From assembly GCA_964507075.1 (NCBI GenBank), contig CAZDOL010000005.1, forward strand, positions 23,437-43,600: DNA of 20,164 nt, in the 5' to 3' direction. Below the pieces are notes generated by a model. It was not told where the DNA came from. It did no database searches and worked only from the letters and a program-made list of their open reading frames with translations. Origin of the DNA: an uncultured Gammaproteobacteria bacterium. GTDB taxonomy: Bacteria; Patescibacteriota; Patescibacteriia; UBA2591; UBA6264. The position numbers and the translations under genes are program-made. Below, piece by piece: positions 15,463-20,164 of this stretch (position 1 is its first letter; every line of letters begins with the position of its first letter).

Positions 15463-15508
15463 AACTTAACACCTTAAATAATATTGACAATACTTGAACT
15501 GTGGATAA
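15463..15508 (-). promoter_or_regulatory. Promoter of sRNA unit 3 with an upstream DnaA-box consensus
   Basis: On the minus strand: TTATCCACA (15508-15500), 9 nt, TTGTCA (15490-15485), 16 nt, TAAGTT (15468-15463), then ATTAA and the P1 helix. Confidence 0.5.
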
Positions 15509-15546
15509 CTTAAAAAGTGGACTCCAATGGGTTTTCTGGCTTTATT

Positions 15547-18120
15547 TTATTCAATAAAATTTTCAATCCAATCTGGTCTATTAAGAGGATCTGTCTCTAA
15601 CATTTCTCTCCATTTTTCATCTGTCAAACGATCTTTCATTGGCCAAGGAAATTCATAATAACTAAACATTGGACCAACAGCCAAACCAATCCTGCCATCT
15701 TTTGCTTTGTGAGCAACTATTACCCAATCAACCTTGCCTGTCCCAACTTCTAACGCTTTCTTAGTGTTTGATTCTGTGTGTACATCAGCAATAATTGTGG
15801 TTTTAAATGCATCATCTTTGCCTTGCAATGATTTCTGTTCTTGGCTGCCTGGCAATTCTACTCCTTCTTTGACGGTTAATGCCGAAGCCAAATCTTCAAT
15901 AATAGCATTAAAGCTCTTGTCAATTTGTTCTATATAGTCATAGTCCCCTTCACTCAATACTTTGCCTTCTAATTCTTTTTCTGAAATTTCTTGCAATCTA
16001 GCCATCATATCTCTGCTTTGCTCTAAAGATTTTTTAACATCTTCTGTCATTACTCCTTGCTCTTCCAGGCCTTGAATTAAAAATTCAGTAATAAATTTAG
16101 CGCGAGCAAATAATTCGGGATTTGGCTCTACATAGCCATAATATTTAGCGTTCATGGGGGCTGGCGCTGAAGTCACCCTCATCATTACTACTTTAGTGTA
16201 ACTTTGCTTAACATAAAGGATTGTATCATGTCTTAACTGCGCCCAAGAGGATAAAGCAGTAACCAAATCTTTATTTTCCCATATTAATGACCTCATCCAA
16301 TTAGGATAACCCTCTGGCTTTTCTTCTAGAACTGGTTGAATCATCCAAAGCCAAGAGTTGTATAAATTTTTAGTCCATTTTTTTTGATCATAACCTTTAA
16401 CTAAATTTTTCATTTCCTGGCTTTTTTTGTCATAATCGCAAAATGTTGACATATTTTTCTCAACCAACAATTCGTCAGCTCTTTTTGAACCCAAAACTGA
16501 CATTACATCTAATCCTGTTGGCATAAACCTGCAAACATTCCATAATTGTTTTTCGTCCAATCCCTCACACACGCCATATACATACATTTCCATTGCCTTA
16601 GAGCATACCTCATTCCAATATTTTATTTTGTCTTTGTTCATGCTATCGCAGGAATAATAAAAATCTTCGGGCTCACTTAACTTTTCATAAGTCTCTTTAC
16701 ATTGGATAACTCTTTTATAATATCCTGAGTTTGGATTAACCCCAACATTATTATAAACCATATCTGATAAAATATGAGAATCAAGCGCATATCTTTGCCC
16801 GATTAATCTTAAACCCTGTGTTGTGTCTTTTAAATTGCCAGCTAAATCAAATTCAAATCCACCTAAAATCTTCGGTCCTCTTATCTTTCTAATCTCGCTT
16901 TGCATATTTTCGGCAATCTGTTCTTTTAATTCTTTATTTTTATCAAATTCATAAGTAAATAAATTAAAAATAGCTGCGTCATATTCATAAAAAGTCAAAT
17001 CATCAGAAGCTCCAGCAAAAAATCCCGTCACAGTATATATTTTATTCCATAAATCCATCACATCTGCTGATTTTACAGCATCGGTCAATAAAACAGCTTG
17101 CTTAGTCCAGTTTTCGCCTACGGCCTTAAAAGTCATTCTGCCCAACCACATCATAGATTTAAAATATTGTTTTAATTCTTCGCTAGAAGTATAGTGTCCT
17201 CTGGGAACATACTGACTGTAATCTTCGCAATAACACGACTTAAGACATACTTCCTTATATAAATCTTGAAATCTCCATATCTCTCCTTGATATTCTACGT
17301 CGCCCTTAACCTCTTGATTGCAGACATAATCAAGATCAGGAGGATATAATCTGCTATCACAAACATCTGGACAATCTTTGCTGAATAACTCATTTTTGAA
17401 AAATCCTTTATGCGCTTCTATTCTCTCTATCTCATGTTCTACATCTTTCTTGACATTTTTGGGAATACTGAAACTCGGATCCAATAATTTTGTAGCAACC
17501 GCCAGATACGCCATATTTCTTCTTGATAATTCCTTTAAATTTTCATCTTCTAAACTATTATATTGATTTTCTGCTTCATTAATGGCTTTATCTAAAAATT
17601 CATTTAGCATCGGCGTTAGCTTGTTAATTTCAATATTTTTAAGAAGTTCATTGAACTCAATGTGGAATAAATGCATTACCGAATCAGCTGTAACAATAAT
17701 TGGCACGCCACTTTCGTCATATTTTCTTTCACCATCTATTTCATAAAGCTTTGAATTGTTAAGTTTATTATATGCATTTTCAAATCTATCTTGGTCGCCA
17801 GCAACGATAACAACTCCATTATTCTTTAATACTGTCTTCTGCTCTTCTGTTAGATCTAAATTAAATTTTTCCTTAATATCTCTCTCATAATTGTCTGGCA
17901 TTTCTTTTAGGGGCAAACTATATTCGGGATTATTATATTTTTTTTCAGCGAAAGAATAAGCTGGTGGATTATAGCTTAAACTTGGCTCATCCATCTCGCC
18001 TGCTGTATATTCAATAACCCTTTCAACGATAGGCCCTTCTGGTTTCACACAACCAGAAACTAAAAATAGCAGGAAAAATAACATTCCTGCTGAAAGTGAA
18101 ATTTTAATTGCTTTTTTCAT
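15547..18120 (-). CDS. Large lipoprotein of unknown function (DUF3160-like)
   Basis: 857 aa. It has a signal peptide with lipobox LVSG|C (Cys24). The motif YVPRGHYT and the overall size recall the DUF3160 family. That assignment is from memory and was not searched. Confidence 0.8.
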   Translation of the reverse strand: MKKAIKISLSAGMLFFLLFLVSGCVKPEGPIVERVIEYTAGEMDEPSLSYNPPAYSFAEKKYNNPEYSLPLKEMPDNYERDIKEKFNLDLTEEQKTVLKNNGVVIVAGDQDRFENAYNKLNNSKLYEIDGERKYDESGVPIIVTADSVMHLFHIEFNELLKNIEINKLTPMLNEFLDKAINEAENQYNSLEDENLKELSRRNMAYLAVATKLLDPSFSIPKNVKKDVEHEIERIEAHKGFFKNELFSKDCPDVCDSRLYPPDLDYVCNQEVKGDVEYQGEIWRFQDLYKEVCLKSCYCEDYSQYVPRGHYTSSEELKQYFKSMMWLGRMTFKAVGENWTKQAVLLTDAVKSADVMDLWNKIYTVTGFFAGASDDLTFYEYDAAIFNLFTYEFDKNKELKEQIAENMQSEIRKIRGPKILGGFEFDLAGNLKDTTQGLRLIGQRYALDSHILSDMVYNNVGVNPNSGYYKRVIQCKETYEKLSEPEDFYYSCDSMNKDKIKYWNEVCSKAMEMYVYGVCEGLDEKQLWNVCRFMPTGLDVMSVLGSKRADELLVEKNMSTFCDYDKKSQEMKNLVKGYDQKKWTKNLYNSWLWMIQPVLEEKPEGYPNWMRSLIWENKDLVTALSSWAQLRHDTILYVKQSYTKVVMMRVTSAPAPMNAKYYGYVEPNPELFARAKFITEFLIQGLEEQGVMTEDVKKSLEQSRDMMARLQEISEKELEGKVLSEGDYDYIEQIDKSFNAIIEDLASALTVKEGVELPGSQEQKSLQGKDDAFKTTIIADVHTESNTKKALEVGTGKVDWVIVAHKAKDGRIGLAVGPMFSYYEFPWPMKDRLTDEKWREMLETDPLNRPDWIENFIE

Positions 18121-18174
18121 AATTTTTATAACTTAGAACTTTTAAATATAAATAAACTTTATTGAACCTACAAA

Positions 18175-18618
18175 TTAAATTCTCATTTCAATCTCTCCAG
18201 TTTCAATAAAACTGCACTTTTTATAAAAAGGAATATTGTGTTTGGCGCAATTCAAAATGATTTTATAACAATTTTTCTTGCGCGCTTGCCTAATCAGGTA
18301 TTCAATCATTCTTGTGCCAATACCCTTACCGCGCTGAGCTTGATCAGTAACAACGTTCTCAATATGACTATAAGATTGACCAGAATGTGATAAGTTTAAT
18401 TGAATCAACAGGACTGCTGTGCCAATCACTTTACCATCATGTTCACAAACACAAAGATGATGATTATCGTCAGCAATAATTCTATGCAAAGTCTCCTGCA
18501 ATTTCTTATAATCAGTTAAACCGTCCTCTTCTTTGATGGGACTTAACTGATGCAATAAATCAAGTAGAGCATTTAAGTCTGTAATGTTAGCTTGTCTAAT
18601 TTTATATATTTCTTCCAT
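18175..18618 (-). CDS. GNAT-family N-acetyltransferase
   Basis: 147 aa with the acetyl-CoA binding motif A, QRGKGIGTRMIEYLIRQARKKNCYKIIL. Confidence 0.85.
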   Translation of the reverse strand: MEEIYKIRQANITDLNALLDLLHQLSPIKEEDGLTDYKKLQETLHRIIADDNHHLCVCEHDGKVIGTAVLLIQLNLSHSGQSYSHIENVVTDQAQRGKGIGTRMIEYLIRQARKKNCYKIILNCAKHNIPFYKKCSFIETGEIEMRI

Positions 18619-18674
18619 AACTATATTATACTATATCATCTTATCTTTATTCGGCAAGCCAAATGGGGATAGCA

Positions 18675-18707
18675 GAAAACCAACCAGACGAGTTGGTTTT
18701 CTTTTTT
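18675..18707 (+). terminator. Terminator-like hairpin whose U-tract is on the plus strand
   Basis: GAAAACCAAC-cagacga-GTTGGTTTTC followed by TTTTTT on the plus strand. The minus-strand reading has only a weak U-tract. The stem is related to the ybaB terminator stem (aaccaacc/ggttggtt). Confidence 0.4.
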
Positions 18708-18710
18708 AAT

Positions 18711-18794
18711 AAAAAAAAATGGTACTTATATAGCATCTGAAAGGCGAACCTTTCGTCAGCCGAAAGAACCGAAGTTCTAATATAAGTACCATTA
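18711..18794 (-). ncRNA. Candidate structured small RNA, unit 2
   Basis: Minus-strand RNA: UGGUACUUAUAU-U-AGAAC(UUCG)GUUCU-UUCGGCUGAC-GAAAGG(UUCG)CCUUUC-AGAUGC-UAUAUAAGUACCA-UUUUUUUUU. The junction strings GCUGAC and AGAUGC are conserved with unit 1. Confidence 0.6.
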
Positions 18795-18796
18795 AT

Positions 18797-18842
18797 AGAA
18801 TAACATAAATAATTTTTTTAGCAACACCCAACATGTGGATAA
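18797..18842 (-). promoter_or_regulatory. Promoter of sRNA unit 2 with an upstream DnaA-box consensus
   Basis: On the minus strand: TTATCCACA (18842-18834), 9 nt, TTGCTA (18824-18819), 16 nt, TATTCT (18802-18797), then ATTAA and the P1 helix. Confidence 0.55.
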
Positions 18843-18944
18843 CTAAATCAAGGGACCGACCATAGAATTCTCTGATATTTCCATTCGTTCCGTTTTTTAG
18901 GAACTCATGGAATTATATTAACATATTTCATAATAGAAACAACT

Positions 18945-18964
18945 AATGATTATGGATAATCATT
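18945..18964. promoter_or_regulatory. 20-bp perfect palindrome AATGATTAT-GG-ATAATCATT (possible operator), containing a one-mismatch DnaA-box-like 9-mer
   Basis: Read directly from the sequence. TATGGATAA (18951-18959) differs from TGTGGATAA at one position. Confidence 0.4.
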
Positions 18965-19069
18965 TTCTTCAATCCCTAAATTCATATTAATTCATGGAAC
19001 GGCAATCCACAAATTCATCACAATAGCTTTAGAAAAACATCAATCATCAATGCGTGGATAATTATTTTT

Positions 19070-19101
19070 AAAAAAGGGGGACCCCATGGGTCCCCCTTTT
19101 T
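19070..19101. terminator. Bidirectional intrinsic terminator
   Basis: AAAAAA-GGGGGACCC-cat-GGGTCCCCC-TTTTT. It has a 9-bp GC stem with A and T tracts on either side. Confidence 0.7.
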
Positions 19102-19116
19102 ACTAATAACCAAAAC

Positions 19117-19131
19117 AGTGGCTGAGCCACT
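19117..19131. repeat. Second palindrome family, copy 1 (AGTGGCT-G-AGCCACT)
   Basis: aaacAgtggctGagccactAAgaa (19113-) is related to aaacGgtggctAagccactGGgaa (20095-). Both have the same orientation and flank the RAYT gene. Confidence 0.6.
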
Positions 19132-19256
19132 AAGAAAACCATATTTGTCATTACTTTCCCATCTTCTTGATGTATAATGACATTAAGGCTAAAAAGGATC
19201 CGAGCGGTTAAATACCTAAGGAGCCTTTTTCTTTTTATATTTAATTATTCCAAATT

Positions 19257-19919
19257 TCAATCTTCTAGTAAAAACTTTTTGATTTGTTTATTTTCCCTAA
19301 TTCTTTCTAAAGAATCTTCTGCAAACTCTTTGTAATCTAAGGGGCTACCAAATTGATCTGATATAATATCCTTTTTACAAAAACCTTTTTCTTCCTTGTT
19401 GTTATTAATATATTCATTCCAACTTGATTTAAAAAGTTTGGACACTCGGTGTCCAAACTTTTCTAAATTATGAACCTTATAATTTAAATTAACATAAGCA
19501 CTTAAGTGTAATAAATATTCATTAGAGCCTATGTGAATCGCTTTAAAAGGACCCTGAAACAATGAACCGTTTCGCTTATATTCTTTATTAAAAAACATTG
19601 TATAACCTAGACTAACTTTATGCATAAACTTCCTGATCCCTTCTTCAACTAACTGCTTTAAAATAAAATGATAATGATTTGGGTTAAGACAATAACAAAC
19701 AAATTCAACTAACTTTTCTTTTTTGGAGACTAAGTCTCCAAATTTGTTTCTACGAAAAATCTCTTCATAAATACTACCAATTGGGTCCAAAACATTAAAT
19801 TCTTTCATGCTAAGAAAGAATCTGTCTATATCTTCTTGACGCTCAAAAATTGTACGCTTATCTACTCCACGATTATAAATATGATAATATTCCCCGTTAA
19901 TAAATTTTACTTTTCTCAT
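19257..19919 (-). CDS. HUH/Y1 transposase of the IS200-like / REP-associated tyrosine transposase (RAYT) type
   Basis: 220 aa. It has the HUH motif in YCLNPNHYHFIL, GSLFQGPFKAIHI, the tyrosine region LSAYVNLNY, and a trailing SSW. This pattern matches PF01797-type RAYT proteins as I remember them. Confidence 0.75.
   Translation of the reverse strand: MRKVKFINGEYYHIYNRGVDKRTIFERQEDIDRFFLSMKEFNVLDPIGSIYEEIFRRNKFGDLVSKKEKLVEFVCYCLNPNHYHFILKQLVEEGIRKFMHKVSLGYTMFFNKEYKRNGSLFQGPFKAIHIGSNEYLLHLSAYVNLNYKVHNLEKFGHRVSKLFKSSWNEYINNNKEEKGFCKKDIISDQFGSPLDYKEFAEDSLERIRENKQIKKFLLED
19722..19742. repeat. REP-like palindrome copy 2, inverted loop (TAA), inside the RAYT coding sequence
   Basis: TTTGGAGAC-TAA-GTCTCCAAA. 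On the minus strand it is read in frame as K FGDLVSK K. Confidence 0.85.
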
Positions 19920-19939
19920 ATATCTTTTTTCTGAGATCT

Positions 19940-19960
19940 TTTGGAGACTTAGTCTCCAAA
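19940..19960. repeat. REP-like palindrome copy 3
   Basis: TTTGGAGAC-TTA-GTCTCCAAA, 20 nt upstream of the RAYT ATG. Confidence 0.85.
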
Positions 19961-20025
19961 TCTATTTTAGCAGAAGCATAGAAATAACACAATGACAAAT
20001 AACAAAACTGCAAAACCAAACCAAA

Positions 20026-20064
20026 AACTTTTGGAGACAACTTTTGGAGACTTAGTCTCCAAAA
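20026..20064. repeat. REP-like palindrome copy 4, preceded by a 13-bp tandem duplication of its left arm
   Basis: AACTTTTGGAGAC (20026-20038) is repeated at 20039-20051. The full palindrome TTTTGGAGAC-TTA-GTCTCCAAAA spans 20042-20064. Confidence 0.85.
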
Positions 20065-20098
20065 AGCAGTCCCCTTCTTTTTAAGAGAATGGCTAAAC

Positions 20099-20113
20099 GG
20101 TGGCTAAGCCACT
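20099..20113. repeat. Second palindrome family, copy 2 (GGTGGCT-A-AGCCACT)
   Basis: See 19117..19131. Confidence 0.6.
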
Positions 20114-20164
20114 GGGAATTGGTAAAAGCAAAGGCCCGAGGTAAAGGAGTGATTCTCCAAGACC

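Noticed and set aside
15141-15546. Chromosomal replication origin (oriC), suggested by perfect DnaA boxes flanking a very AT-rich tandem-repeat stretch next to ybaB.
   Set aside because: No dnaA or dnaN lies nearby. All boxes have one orientation, and each is locked at a fixed distance from a promoter-like -35/-10 pair. Gene orientation also does not switch across the locus, since genes on both sides are on the minus strand. A cumulative GC-skew plot of the full contig would settle the question.
20052-20164. Possible partial CDS at the right window edge. One minus frame ends ...LLFGD* in REP copy 4. Other minus frames and a plus-strand ATG at 20090 are also open.
   Set aside because: Only about 35 codons are visible, several frames are open, and there is no recognisable motif. 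I cannot choose a frame or strand, so it is not reported as a feature.

Overview
This is an AT-rich bacterial chromosomal fragment. Its gene content and style suggest a small-genome, Patescibacteria/CPR-like organism, but that is an inference. Standard genetic code is used, since cdd ends in TGA. Every supported CDS is on the minus strand. The only plus-strand genes are two adjacent tRNA-CAU genes. Housekeeping genes are tatD (partial), cdd, rarA, a PAP2 phosphatase, an FtsB/DivIC-like protein, lepA, a SAM methyltransferase and ybaB. Accessory content is (1) a Doc toxin with an HTH antitoxin candidate; (2) a 2092-aa secreted protein with 4 lamin-tail domains, Ig/FN3-like modules and 3 ConA-like modules, containing a 353-bp perfect internal DNA repeat; (3) a (GA)27 microsatellite inside a promoter-equipped leader ORF whose stop codon sits in a terminator hairpin upstream of the operon that encodes the giant protein; (4) a DUF3160-like lipoprotein plus a GNAT; (5) a RAYT/IS200-like HUH transposase with a 21-23 bp REP-like palindrome found four times. 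The most unusual signal is a three-member family of compact non-coding units in the 15.16-15.51 kb and 18.71-18.84 kb spacers. Each unit has a perfect DnaA-box 9-mer, a -35 and -10 promoter, a closing helix around UUCG-capped hairpins, and a U-tract. Several compensatory base changes between copies support the helices, and G.U pairs assign the RNA to the minus strand. All motif coordinates were counted by hand and may be off by 1-2 nt.
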